DNA of 32,000 nucleotides from Candidatus Thalassarchaeaceae archaeon (lineage in GTDB: Archaea > Thermoplasmatota > Poseidoniia > Poseidoniales > Thalassarchaeaceae), in NCBI GenBank assembly GCA_045568075.1, contig JBJLBP010000001.1, positions 1,566,521-1,598,520 of the forward strand, written 5' to 3'. The stretch's first letter is position 1, and each line of letters opens with the position of its first letter. Shown here piece by piece: positions 1 to 9,283 of the stretch. A program made the translations under genes and the position numbers. Below the pieces are notes generated by a model that worked only from the letters and a program-made list of their open reading frames with translations, ran no database searches and was not told where the DNA came from.

Positions 1-1737
1 GTAGATCACGGTAAGACCTCACTTCTCGACCATATTCGTGGATTGGGATCTGGTCGTCAAGCAAGCGTGATGGATCGTGAGGCTGGTGGCATAACCCAGC
101 ATATCGGCGCCACTGAAGTTCCCGCAGATTTACTGAACGAACTTTGTGGGCCGCTTCTTGGTGGGAATTCGTTTGATTCACCTGGGCTTTTGTTCATCGA
201 TACACCTGGGCACCACTCGTTCTCAACCCTGCGAGCGCGGGGGGGTTCTCTTGCGGATGTTGCCATCCTGATGATTGACATCATGGAGGGTGTGCGACCT
301 CAGACTATCGAATCTATTCGAATTTTGAAGGCGGCTAAGACGCCGTTCGTTATTGCTGCAAACAAGGTTGACCGACTTCACGGTTGGCGGGCTGAGCGAG
401 ACCGTCCTATGGCTCTGGCAATGCGTGAACAAACCGGTGATACTCTGGGTTATTTTGACCAGCGTTACTGGGATTTGGTCGGGCAATTTGCTGAGCATGG
501 ATTCAATATCGAGCGATATGACCGAATCAAGGATTTCACCAAGGAGATCGCACTAGTACCGATTTCTGCTCGTGAGGGCGAGGGAATCCAGGACTTGCTG
601 GCCGTTGTAATTGGTATGGCCGAGCGCTACTTAGTCGAGCAGTTGACCGATATTGAGGGAGCGGGCGAGGGCACCGTTCTCGAGATGAAGGAAGAGCGGG
701 GCTTAGGCAAGACTCTCGATGTAATTCTCTATCGTGGCTCGGTCAAGAAGGGTGACGAGATTATTCTGACGACTGAAGAGGGTGGCATCTCCACTCGGGT
801 TCGTGGCATGTTCTCCCCTCGCGGGATGTCCGAAATGCGCGATGCTGGAAATCGATGGGATTCCTCTGAAGCTGCTTTCGCTGCGGCTGGACTGAAGATT
901 TCTGCGCCTGATATGGATGGAGTTCTGGCTGGAACAACCATGCGTGTTGTGACTACTGATGAAGAGAGGGTGGCTGCTATGTCGCTTGCGAATGCTGAGG
1001 CTGATATTTCTGTTGAACTGGCTGAAGAGGGAGTTATCATCAAGGCCGACACAGTTGGTGGATTGGAGGCCTTAGCTAAGGAATTAGGTGAACTGGATGT
1101 GCCTATTCGTCATGCTACTATTGGCAAGGTGAATCGCCGCGATGTGCGTAGTGCGGAGAATGCGGCGGACCCTCTGCACAGAATCATCATGGCTTTCTCA
1201 ACCGATATTCTACCAGATGCTTTGGAGGAGATAGAAAACTCAGAGAACGGGGTGAAATATCTCGGCTCCGATATCATCTACCGCATCCTCGAGGAGCGTG
1301 AGGAATGGGTAGAAGATCGCACTCGCGAATTGGAAGAAGCCAGCCGCGAGAAGGTTGTTTATCCTGGACGAATTCTTCTATTGCCGGACCACACTTTCCG
1401 AATTTCCAAGCCTGCAGTTGTGGGTGTGCGTATTCTCGCAGGACGAATCCACGTCGGACAGCGCTTGCTGAAGAATGGCGAGCGAATTGGGCAGATCAAG
1501 TCAATCCGTTCAGGTCAAGAATCTATGAAGGAAGCGAAACAAGGAGCTGAGGTTGCTGTGGCCATCGACGGTGTTACCGTCGGAAGGCAAATCGAAGAAG
1601 ATGATGTCCTACTCGTTGACATCCCCGAATCTCACGCAAAGAAACTCCGAAAGATGGACCTCTCAGCCGCCGAGCAAGAAGTCCTCGAAGAACTCACTCT
1701 AATCCATAGAAAGGACAGTCACTTCTGGGGTCGCTGA
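1..1737 (+). CDS. infB: translation initiation factor aIF5B / IF-2 (5' end cut by window edge)
   Basis: Frame 1 is open from base 1 and continuous with listed ORF 43..1737. GTPase motifs VDHGKTSLLDHIRG (G1), DTPGH (G3) and NKVD (G4). Stop at 1735-1737. Confidence 0.93.
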   Translation, partial: VDHGKTSLLDHIRGLGSGRQASVMDREAGGITQHIGATEVPADLLNELCGPLLGGNSFDSPGLLFIDTPGHHSFSTLRARGGSLADVAILMIDIMEGVRPQTIESIRILKAAKTPFVIAANKVDRLHGWRAERDRPMALAMREQTGDTLGYFDQRYWDLVGQFAEHGFNIERYDRIKDFTKEIALVPISAREGEGIQDLLAVVIGMAERYLVEQLTDIEGAGEGTVLEMKEERGLGKTLDVILYRGSVKKGDEIILTTEEGGISTRVRGMFSPRGMSEMRDAGNRWDSSEAAFAAAGLKISAPDMDGVLAGTTMRVVTTDEERVAAMSLANAEADISVELAEEGVIIKADTVGGLEALAKELGELDVPIRHATIGKVNRRDVRSAENAADPLHRIIMAFSTDILPDALEEIENSENGVKYLGSDIIYRILEEREEWVEDRTRELEEASREKVVYPGRILLLPDHTFRISKPAVVGVRILAGRIHVGQRLLKNGERIGQIKSIRSGQESMKEAKQGAEVAVAIDGVTVGRQIEEDDVLLVDIPESHAKKLRKMDLSAAEQEVLEELTLIHRKDSHFWGR

Positions 1738-1916
1738 GCAACGTACCCTTTCTGCACCCTAATCGAACACAGTACCTCGATTATGAGGGGAAAAGTAAGT
1801 GTTTGAAGTGATCGAGAAGATGGAAATGAACTACACGGGTGAAAGATTAGTGTTCGATGCGCGAGCCGTTCAGAAGCGGCGAATGCTTTAGTATGAAAAT
1901 GAGAGGCCCGAGTTGT

Positions 1917-2900
1917 ATGACTATGGCCGCGAGTGACCCCAAGTCACGCGAACTCATCCAGACTGTGTCGCAGATATCCAACGGCCTCATGGGAGAGGTA
2001 GCGAAGGTCATCATCGGAAAGCAGGAGAATCTGCGCCGTGTGACAATTGGAATTCTCTCAAATGCAAACATGCTAATCGAAGATTTCCCGGGCCTTGCCA
2101 AGACGCTAATGGCTAACACATTCGCTACCTCGCTCGGATGCAAATTCAAGCGTGTTCAATTCACCCCGGACCTGTTGCCCGCAGATATCATGGGGACATA
2201 CATGTATGACCAACAAGCGGGCGAATTCAAGCTCCGACCTGGTCCTCTATTCACCAATGTGCTTCTCGCTGACGAGATTAACCGTGCTCCGCCAAAGACG
2301 CAGGCGGCTCTTCTAGAGGCAATGGAAGAGAAGCAAGTTACAATTGAGGGTATTACCCACAAACTCCCAGCACCTTTCATCACAATGGCAACTCAAAACC
2401 CAATCGAGCAAGAGGGAACTTACCCACTGCCCGAGGCGCAAATGGACCGATTCATGATGAAGATGTCAATGGGTTACCCGGACCGCCAAGAGGAGAAGTC
2501 CATCCTACAGCGAAGGAAGCTCCGAGGAAAGGACGACTACGATATCGAGAAGATCACTTCTCCAAAGAAGGTGGTTGCTATGCAGAAGGCGCTAGAGACT
2601 GTTCACGTCGACACTGCTATTCTTTCCTACATCGTAGAATTAGTTCACCGCACTCGTGAAGATCACCGCGTAATTACCGGAGCATCACCTCGTGCTAGCC
2701 AATCACTGTTCAAGACCGCTCGTGCAAGCGCAGCAATCGATGGTCGCGACTACGTTATTCCAGACGATATCAAGGCCGTCGCACTTCAGGTGGTCAGTCA
2801 CAGAATCCTTCTCAAGCCTGAGTCAAAGATTCGCGGTGTTACTGGTCAGCACATTATGAGGAAGATTCTCTCTGAAGTCCCAGTTCCTGTAATCCAGTAA
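1917..2900 (+). CDS. MoxR-family AAA+ ATPase
   Basis: Listed ORF 1857..2900. Walker A variant FPGLAKT, Walker B LLADEINRAPPKTQAALLEAMEE, and MoxR-type C-terminus (ASPRASQSL, VIPDDIKAVALQVVSHRI). ATG at 1917 (MTMAASDP) is preferred over 1857 because an AT-rich tttagtat box lies about 30 nt upstream. The start is uncertain. Confidence 0.88.
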   Translation: MTMAASDPKSRELIQTVSQISNGLMGEVAKVIIGKQENLRRVTIGILSNANMLIEDFPGLAKTLMANTFATSLGCKFKRVQFTPDLLPADIMGTYMYDQQAGEFKLRPGPLFTNVLLADEINRAPPKTQAALLEAMEEKQVTIEGITHKLPAPFITMATQNPIEQEGTYPLPEAQMDRFMMKMSMGYPDRQEEKSILQRRKLRGKDDYDIEKITSPKKVVAMQKALETVHVDTAILSYIVELVHRTREDHRVITGASPRASQSLFKTARASAAIDGRDYVIPDDIKAVALQVVSHRILLKPESKIRGVTGQHIMRKILSEVPVPVIQ

Positions 2901-2951
2901 TCGACAAATCGTCGCCTGTGATTATGAACTCCTGAGGCTTCGCTTCGTCAG

Positions 2952-3620
2952 ATGGGCCTCATGGAGTTTCTTCGTCCGGCGAAGAACGTCCCAACGACTT
3001 GGTGGAGCGCCGAAGATGCTTGGACTGTAAAACCAAGATTTTCGACTCTATTCATCCTAATCATCGGATTGATTGTATTCGGTGCAGGAGATGCGATAAT
3101 TATCGCTGCAGGAATAGGTAACACTCCTTGGACAGTATTAGCCGAAGGAATTGCAGTTAATCTAGACTGGACAATTGGAAAAGCAACTTTCTTAGTTAGC
3201 GTACTCGTGCTCTTATTTTGGATTCCACTAAAGGAAAAACCAGGTATTGGAACCGTCCTTAACGCAATTCTAATTGCAGCAACAATAGAGGTATTGCTCC
3301 CTGAATTACATACCCCTGATGATTTGATTATGCAACTCTTACAGGTTGTAATCGGAGTTATTCTAGTCGGCATTGGTAGCGGGTTGTATCTGACAGCAAA
3401 TCTAGGCCCAGGTCCACGAGATGGAACAATGACTGGACTGAATAAAGTCACAGGAATCTCGATTGGTCGGGTTCGCGGAGGAGTTGAAATTAGTGTACTA
3501 GCGATTGGTTGGGCGATGGGAGGAACATTTTGGATTGGCACAATTATATTCGCAATTCTGATTGGTCCGTGCGTTGCGATCTGTCTGAATATCGCTAGTA
3601 GGTTCGGATCTAACGACTAG
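2952..3620 (+). CDS. polytopic membrane protein, YczE/YitT-like
   Basis: 222-aa ORF with about 6 hydrophobic helices. Motifs GIGNTPWTVLAEGI and LGPGPRDGTMTGL resemble the YczE-type family as I remember it. The antisense 197-aa ORF is Pro/Ile/Ser-rich and not protein-like. Confidence 0.6.
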   Translation: MGLMEFLRPAKNVPTTWWSAEDAWTVKPRFSTLFILIIGLIVFGAGDAIIIAAGIGNTPWTVLAEGIAVNLDWTIGKATFLVSVLVLLFWIPLKEKPGIGTVLNAILIAATIEVLLPELHTPDDLIMQLLQVVIGVILVGIGSGLYLTANLGPGPRDGTMTGLNKVTGISIGRVRGGVEISVLAIGWAMGGTFWIGTIIFAILIGPCVAICLNIASRFGSND

Positions 3621-3731
3621 AATCAATCCGAATACTGGTCATCTTCGGATAGAGACGGCCATTCATCCACCTCCGACAGCACGATACGCCGCCAGCGTTC
3701 GAGCAGGATTGGTGATCTCATCGGTCCAGTT

Positions 3732-4622
3732 GTGATAGCGGTCACAAATCACAAAGGTGGTTGTGGCAAGACGACAACTGCTGTGAATTTGGCTTCTGCG
3801 CTCGCAGTTGGGAATGAAGAATTTGGTATTGCTGGACGGCGAGTGCTATTGATTGATCTTGATCCAAAGGGAAATATCGCGACGACTTTTGGAATCGACA
3901 AGAAGAAACTCGGGTCGACGATGAATGATTTGTTCAAGGCGGGAATCGACGGCCCGAGCGTCCGTTTTGCTGATTGTTTGATCGGCCCTGAAGCATTGAC
4001 TGAGTCGATGAAAGAGGCTAATCGGCGGCAGAATCCTGAGCGAAAACGCGGACCGCCGAAAGGGCTAGCAGTGGAAAATCTCTGGTTACTACCAGCCGAC
4101 CTCGACCTCGCGGGTATCGAGATTGATTTGGCAACACGAATTGGTCGAGAGAATCGTTTGCGAAATGCGATGCAAGGTGCAATCGGTCATTTTGACGTGG
4201 TGATTATCGATACGCCGGCTTCTCTTGGGTTACTTACGGTGAATGCCCTAGCGGCTGCACAATGGGTGATGATTCCCGTGCAGGCCGAGTTCTACGCTCT
4301 AGAGAATATGAGCCAACTGATGAATACTGTACGTGATGTTCAGTCAGCGGTTAATCCAGGTCTGCGACTCTTTGGAATCGCTCTGACCATGGTTCAGCGG
4401 AGTCGCTTGTCCGAGACCGTCGCCGAGCAGGCTCGCAAGCACTTCGGCGACCGACTTTTCGAATCAGAGATCCCAAGGCTTGTCGCCATCGCTGAGGCTC
4501 CGCTCGATGGTGCACCAATTGTCATTGGCCAAAAACCAAACAAGTCAAATCCAGGGAGTAAGGCTTACTGGGATTTAGCCCTAGAGGTTTCAAACAGAAT
4601 AAAACTAATTCAGACACAATGA
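3732..4622 (+). CDS. ParA/Soj/MinD-family P-loop ATPase
   Basis: GTG start. Deviant Walker A NHKGGCGKTTT, LLIDLDPKGN, Walker B VVIIDTPASLG. Carries a basic insertion (EANRRQNPERKRGPPKG) relative to typical Soj. No ParB-like neighbour is visible. Confidence 0.85.
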   Translation: MIAVTNHKGGCGKTTTAVNLASALAVGNEEFGIAGRRVLLIDLDPKGNIATTFGIDKKKLGSTMNDLFKAGIDGPSVRFADCLIGPEALTESMKEANRRQNPERKRGPPKGLAVENLWLLPADLDLAGIEIDLATRIGRENRLRNAMQGAIGHFDVVIIDTPASLGLLTVNALAAAQWVMIPVQAEFYALENMSQLMNTVRDVQSAVNPGLRLFGIALTMVQRSRLSETVAEQARKHFGDRLFESEIPRLVAIAEAPLDGAPIVIGQKPNKSNPGSKAYWDLALEVSNRIKLIQTQ

Positions 4623-4632
4623 GGAAACTTAC

Positions 4633-6825
4633 TCAACTTCTTTTTGAAATTATTCTAAATACGACAGTTGCTGTGAAAATAATCATTGCAAAAATCAAGG
4701 CAATTGGAAGTAATGACCGGGAGTGTTTACTGGAATCGAGAGGATAGTAATCACCTTCATCAGACCAACCGTCTAAATCTGAATCGACGCAGCCTTTTCT
4801 GTCTTGAGTAGAGCTACCATAGATATCTGGGCAATCGTCAGACAAGTCTGTTCCAGTTTGGTCCCCGAATCCGTCTTTGTCTCTATCTGACCAAAGCAGT
4901 TCAGAAAATGGATGTGAATCTTCTAAATCAGACCATCCATCACCATCTGAATCGGGACATCCTAGGAAAGAAATTGTAGAGTTACCCCAAAGGTTCGGAC
5001 AATCATCGGGCATAGATGCTGGAAATAGATTATCTCCAAAACCATCTAAGTCACTATCTAACCATTGAGTGGAATCTTCTTGAAATGCGTCACCAGCATC
5101 TGACCACCCGTCGTTGTCTCTATCTTCACAACCATAACGATCTTCTGTGCTAGAACCTGCTACTATCGGACAATCATCTGGTAAGTAAGCCGGTGATGGA
5201 TTATCTCCAAAACCATCCAAATCCGAATCCTTCCACTGAGTATCTTGGATAGGAAAGGCATCCGCTCCATCCTCTACAGTCCAATTTATCGATGGATCTG
5301 AATATCCATCTTCATCTGCATCAGCACAACCCATTCTATCGAATTCAGAATAACCCTCTTCGAATGGGCAACTATCTGGATTTACTCCAATCGAATTGTC
5401 TCCAAAACCATCATTGTCTGAATCTAACCACTGTGTTTCATCTGTCGGGAAATCATCTGCTGAATCCGCCCAACTGTCAGCATCTGAATCTAAACATCCT
5501 CGAAATCCTAATGTTGAGGAGCCTGCTATTTCTGGACAGTCATCCGATAGTTCCGAGCCTTTTTGATCCGCAAATCCATCCCCATCCATGTCAGACCACA
5601 GAAGACTGTTGGTTGGGTAAACATCGATACTATCTCTAACCTCATCAAAATCTGTGTCTTGGTATGTGTCCAATCTGATTACACGATTTTTCTCCGAATC
5701 AACATACCACAGTTTTCCTTCGGGACCAATCTCAAGCCCCATGATTGAACCAGCATTTGTGTTCACAGTTCTGGAGTCTGTGAAATTTTTTCCATCTTCG
5801 TTTAGATTGAAACCTGTAATTTTTCCATTACCGTTTTGTGAAACAAACAAGACTCCTTGATGTAATTTTATTCCTGATGGAGATGACAGACCGGATGCTA
5901 AAATTCCCCAATCTACACTTGTCGCTCGATTATAGCCATCGAGAGGCTCCATTTGACTTTCTGCACCTCTTATGTCGCTAATTGTAACATTTGGATCTTG
6001 TGTGTTTACCCACAGAACTCTCCCCCCACCGGTATCTGCAACATACAACATTCCAGTTCCTTTATTCATATCCAAATGACCTGGCACACCGGGATTCCTA
6101 GTGAGTGAAATTTCGATGTATCTTGTTACAATTCCATCTGAGTGATCGTCTTCTCCAGTGTCATGATCTTGTTGAAAATCGTAGTGTACTAATTCCCCAT
6201 AATAGCCATCGTTGTACCAGTACGCATTGTCTGAGTCGTGAGCTATCCCCATTCCTTGAGGACTTTCATGTAACATATCGATATGGCTTCCCAACAAACC
6301 ACCTTGTTCCTGATTCTCTTCTGCAAAATGACTTAGCGAAGACGGCCAAAGAGCGGGACCCATGAAATCATTTGGATTTGCCTGACCATCGTAGGTGTTC
6401 CTAGATTCTTGTGCGGTTGCAAATTGGTAATCAAATTCCTCATGGTATTCTCCAAACGCAATCGCGCTTACCTCCTCCATGAAGTGGTTAGCATTGGAAT
6501 CTTTCCTGTATTCAGTGACTTGATTTGATTGGCCTGCATTATGAATAATCGTGACGCTATCTGTTGCTCGGTTTACAACCCAAAGTTCGTTTTGTCGTGA
6601 GGAATTAGGGTGAAATTCTAGATCCCGAGGGACATCCAAGTTATCTTGTGAAGAAGCTATTTCGGTTTCGATAAAACCAGGACCAAATTGTGAAATGTAT
6701 GTTTCTTTTTGAAAAATATTTTCTTCAGCCAAGGTTGGTGTAGATACCGTTCCAAGAACACTGATTACAAGTATCCCAATTAGAGCAGTAGTTGCGAGTT
6801 GGGAACGATACTTGTTTTTCGCCAT
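4633..6825 (-). CDS. secreted, membrane-anchored protein: beta-propeller (NHL-like) domain plus thrombospondin-type-3-like Ca-binding repeats
   Basis: 730-aa ORF. N-terminal signal/TM (LATTALIGILVISVLGTVSTPTLA). Blade-like segments (GMLYVADTGGGRVLWV, GKLWYVDSEKNRVIRLD). Five C-terminal modules of about 57 aa, each with two DxDxDG motifs. C-terminal TM (LLPIALIFAMIIFTATVVF) followed by a basic tail. Confidence 0.8.
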   Translation of the reverse strand: MAKNKYRSQLATTALIGILVISVLGTVSTPTLAEENIFQKETYISQFGPGFIETEIASSQDNLDVPRDLEFHPNSSRQNELWVVNRATDSVTIIHNAGQSNQVTEYRKDSNANHFMEEVSAIAFGEYHEEFDYQFATAQESRNTYDGQANPNDFMGPALWPSSLSHFAEENQEQGGLLGSHIDMLHESPQGMGIAHDSDNAYWYNDGYYGELVHYDFQQDHDTGEDDHSDGIVTRYIEISLTRNPGVPGHLDMNKGTGMLYVADTGGGRVLWVNTQDPNVTISDIRGAESQMEPLDGYNRATSVDWGILASGLSSPSGIKLHQGVLFVSQNGNGKITGFNLNEDGKNFTDSRTVNTNAGSIMGLEIGPEGKLWYVDSEKNRVIRLDTYQDTDFDEVRDSIDVYPTNSLLWSDMDGDGFADQKGSELSDDCPEIAGSSTLGFRGCLDSDADSWADSADDFPTDETQWLDSDNDGFGDNSIGVNPDSCPFEEGYSEFDRMGCADADEDGYSDPSINWTVEDGADAFPIQDTQWKDSDLDGFGDNPSPAYLPDDCPIVAGSSTEDRYGCEDRDNDGWSDAGDAFQEDSTQWLDSDLDGFGDNLFPASMPDDCPNLWGNSTISFLGCPDSDGDGWSDLEDSHPFSELLWSDRDKDGFGDQTGTDLSDDCPDIYGSSTQDRKGCVDSDLDGWSDEGDYYPLDSSKHSRSLLPIALIFAMIIFTATVVFRIISKRS
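4726..5643 (-). repeat. five tandem coding modules of about 170 bp (TQWLDSDxDGFGDN...DDCP...GSST...GC.DSDxDGWSD); boundaries approximate
   Basis: The repeat structure is read from the translated ORF 4633..6825. The modules are clearly homologous at protein level and diverged at DNA level. Confidence 0.7.
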
Positions 6826-6886
6826 ATGTAATCGACTGATTCATTCTATATGGTGACTATGTATCTATTCTTCATAACAAATCAGC

Positions 6887-7999
6887 TCAGATATCAATTC
6901 CTGTTAGGGCTTCGATACCCAACTCTGTAATCGAGAGAGAGACCTTCAATCCGAAGCGCCTTCTCTCGACCATCTCCCAGTCAATTAGCGAACGGACATG
7001 GTAGGAGAGGACTTGGGGTGATATCCCAATATCTCTAGCCAATTCAGACCCACTCGGTCCTGCTAAATCCATCAAATCGGCCTGATTTAGGTGCATGAGA
7101 ATTGAGCGTTTAATCGAATTCTTACTGAAATTAATATCAAGAAGAGGGCTTGAGAAAGAAGAGGCTGTAGGAACTGAATCCGCAAAGAAAATCAGCAATC
7201 TTCCATCTCTTCGAGACCAAATTCTACCTTCTTTTTCCAATCTGTCCAAATGATATGTGGCTTGGTTATTGCCTAGATCTGAGAGCCTTGTGAGAGCTGA
7301 AAGATGGATACCCGGGTTGCTCTCAATATATCCATACAAGCGCCCCCTCTGGAACTCTCCGTCTTTGGTTTTGCGAACAACTCCGAACATCAGAAGTAGA
7401 CTCAACCAAGCCTTGCGTGATACGGTCCATCTGACTGGTTCTACGGCATATACTGAACCGGCGGCAAGAATTGCCGCCGAGCCACCTACTGCAATCTGAA
7501 TTGTGGCTGGTTTGAGTACAATCTCTTGCTGGATTGGGTCGTGTACAACCGGCAGAGGAATGGGTAGCACTTCGCACCTGCCGTCTCCATTCAAATCCAA
7601 AGGGATGCTACTGCTGTCGATGGGTGAGGTTTCACACAGGATTTCATCAAAATCACTCCATCCATCTTCATCGGTATCCTTGTCTAGAGTATCACAGATT
7701 CCGTCTCCATCCAAATCATTGGGCACTGAGTCAACCAAGAGTGGGTCAGACCCACAGATTTGCTCGATATGGTCCCACCAACCATCGTTGTCATCATCCG
7801 CGTCAAGATGATCGCAGATTCCCGATGAATCGGTATCTTGTGGAACATCCTGCCAATTTTGTGGGTCGGTTCCACAGGACTCTTCATGGTAATCTGTCCA
7901 ACCATCGCCATCACTATCTCCATCTTCTGCTGAGACATTGAAGCTCGCCACGCTCAGCAATATCGCCAAGGTGAGCAGAAGCGAGGATAGACGACCCAT
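6887..7999 (-). CDS. membrane-spanning protein: extracellular TSP3-like repeats plus two cytoplasmic winged-helix (ArsR/MarR-like) domains
   Basis: 370-aa ORF. Signal peptide (LLLTLAILLSVASFNVSA). Three to four DxDxDGxxD/CG(T/S)DP modules. Two hydrophobic helices (IAVGGSAAILAAGSVYAV, AWLSLLLMFGVV). HTH-like segments follow: GIHLSALTRLSDLGNNQATYHLDRLEKEGRI and GSELARDIGISPQVLSYHVRSLIDWEMVER. Confidence 0.72.
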   Translation of the reverse strand: MGRLSSLLLTLAILLSVASFNVSAEDGDSDGDGWTDYHEESCGTDPQNWQDVPQDTDSSGICDHLDADDDNDGWWDHIEQICGSDPLLVDSVPNDLDGDGICDTLDKDTDEDGWSDFDEILCETSPIDSSSIPLDLNGDGRCEVLPIPLPVVHDPIQQEIVLKPATIQIAVGGSAAILAAGSVYAVEPVRWTVSRKAWLSLLLMFGVVRKTKDGEFQRGRLYGYIESNPGIHLSALTRLSDLGNNQATYHLDRLEKEGRIWSRRDGRLLIFFADSVPTASSFSSPLLDINFSKNSIKRSILMHLNQADLMDLAGPSGSELARDIGISPQVLSYHVRSLIDWEMVERRRFGLKVSLSITELGIEALTGIDI

Positions 8000-8021
8000 G
8001 AGACATTCTCACGTTCCTAGT

Positions 8022-9188
8022 TCAAAGGTTGTTCTCACAAGTCTGCCCGTGATAGTATGCAGCTGTACCATCTGGACAGATAGCCCAGTCCCAAGTGACA
8101 CCTGTAATATCCGCAGGCCCGTATGATGGGTTTAGGTAGGCGAGATCTGCTCCAGTCAAATCAGCGCCTGTTAGATTGGCGCCTCTGAGATCTAAGTCAT
8201 ACATCATCGCATTTGTCAGATCGGCATATGAGAGATCGACACCCATCCAATTTCCTCCGCCATAAATCCATGCGCCTGATAAGTTGGCACCGGACAAATC
8301 ACTCCACCTGAATTCTGTGTAAGCCAAATTACTCTGAACCATTATTGCATCGCTGAAGTCACTGCTTCTCCATACGCCATTATACATTGCAGCATGGGTA
8401 AAATCAGTACGATGGAATGTAGAAAACAAGCCGTCCGCACCCGCCAAATTAGCGTTAACGAAGCTAGCGTCGGAAAAGTTGGAATAACTCAAACTCGCAT
8501 TCATCAAGTTTGCAAAATCAAAAATTGGTGGATCCATTTGTACCCCCAAACCATTATTGAAATTGAACAATTGCGCGCCTTGGAAATCGAGGTAAGAAAA
8601 ATCATTCATTGCTCTAGTGTTATTCATCCTGTTCTCAAGGTCAGAAATTGAAGATTGAAGGCTTGATTGTAAAGATTGTAGTGACTGTTGTAATGCTGTA
8701 ATCTGAGATTCAAAGTCACCATCTGATGTATTCTCATCATCTAACGCTTCAACGATTAGTGAAATCTGATTGATTGAATCTTGGCTGTTCTGCAGATTGG
8801 ATTGCAGCGTGTTCAAGGAGGTTAGGAGATTGTTGATTGAGGCAGCATTTGTTGCATTGATTTCTTCCAATGATTGACTGTTTACAATCGCTGCTGCCTC
8901 CATGGCGGCCAGATAGCTCGATTCCAATTCAGTCAATGATTCCTGGTAATCAGATTCCAGTGTCTGAATCGCTTGCATATTTGCGGATTCAATCTGCGAA
9001 ATTGAAGCCAACAAATCGGAATTTGTTTGTTCTTGTTCTGCTAATACAAGTGTCAACTCCAGTTGTGATGTTTCTAACTCAGTGATTCGAGAATCATGAT
9101 TGGTAGTTTGGGCATCATTCGAAGTTGTACATCCGGCAAGGCTAGAGGCGATTATTAGCAAGGCTAGAGTTGCTGCTTTGGTTTGCAT
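8022..9188 (-). CDS. lipoprotein with coiled-coil region and C-terminal pentapeptide repeats
   Basis: 388-aa ORF. Signal with lipobox-like SLAGC. Q/S/L-rich heptad-like stretch (SLQSLQSSLQSSISDLE). Pentapeptide repeats follow (ANLAGADGLF, SDLSGANLSGA, ADLTNA, RGANLTGADLTGADLA). Confidence 0.8.
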   Translation of the reverse strand: MQTKAATLALLIIASSLAGCTTSNDAQTTNHDSRITELETSQLELTLVLAEQEQTNSDLLASISQIESANMQAIQTLESDYQESLTELESSYLAAMEAAAIVNSQSLEEINATNAASINNLLTSLNTLQSNLQNSQDSINQISLIVEALDDENTSDGDFESQITALQQSLQSLQSSLQSSISDLENRMNNTRAMNDFSYLDFQGAQLFNFNNGLGVQMDPPIFDFANLMNASLSYSNFSDASFVNANLAGADGLFSTFHRTDFTHAAMYNGVWRSSDFSDAIMVQSNLAYTEFRWSDLSGANLSGAWIYGGGNWMGVDLSYADLTNAMMYDLDLRGANLTGADLTGADLAYLNPSYGPADITGVTWDWAICPDGTAAYYHGQTCENNL

Positions 9189-9237
9189 GAATTGCCGATT
9201 GAGTTTCTAGACATAAGCAGATTGGGGGGGTTTCTTG

Positions 9238-9260
9238 ATACAGATAATCACCATCTGTAT
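9238..9260. promoter_or_regulatory. perfect inverted repeat ATACAGAT-N7-ATCTGTAT upstream of the 8022..9188 gene
   Basis: Read directly: atacagat aatcacc atctgtat, 50-72 nt upstream of the ATG at 9188. A G7/C7 homopolymer lies at 9224-9230 between the palindrome and the start. An operator role is only inferred. Confidence 0.25.
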
Positions 9261-9265
9261 TCTAA

Positions 9266-9283
9266 AATTAAAGATTTTTAATT
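9266..9283 (-). terminator. AT-rich hairpin with T-rich tract at the 3' end of the coiled-coil gene
   Basis: aattaaa-gatt-tttaatt (7-bp stem) overlaps the stop codon at 9283-9285, in a T/A-rich context. Archaeal terminators are typically oligo-T tracts. Weak call. Confidence 0.25.

Noticed and set aside
2948-3541. 197-aa minus-strand ORF opposite the YczE-like gene
   Set aside because: Its translation is Pro/Ile/Ser/Thr-rich with no helices or motifs. The plus-strand product is a coherent polytopic membrane protein with family-like motifs.
4726-5643. Periodic nucleotide repeats that could be mistaken for a CRISPR-like or satellite array
   Set aside because: The periodicity is about 170 bp and in frame. 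It encodes five homologous Ca-binding protein modules, and there is no short identical-repeat and spacer structure.
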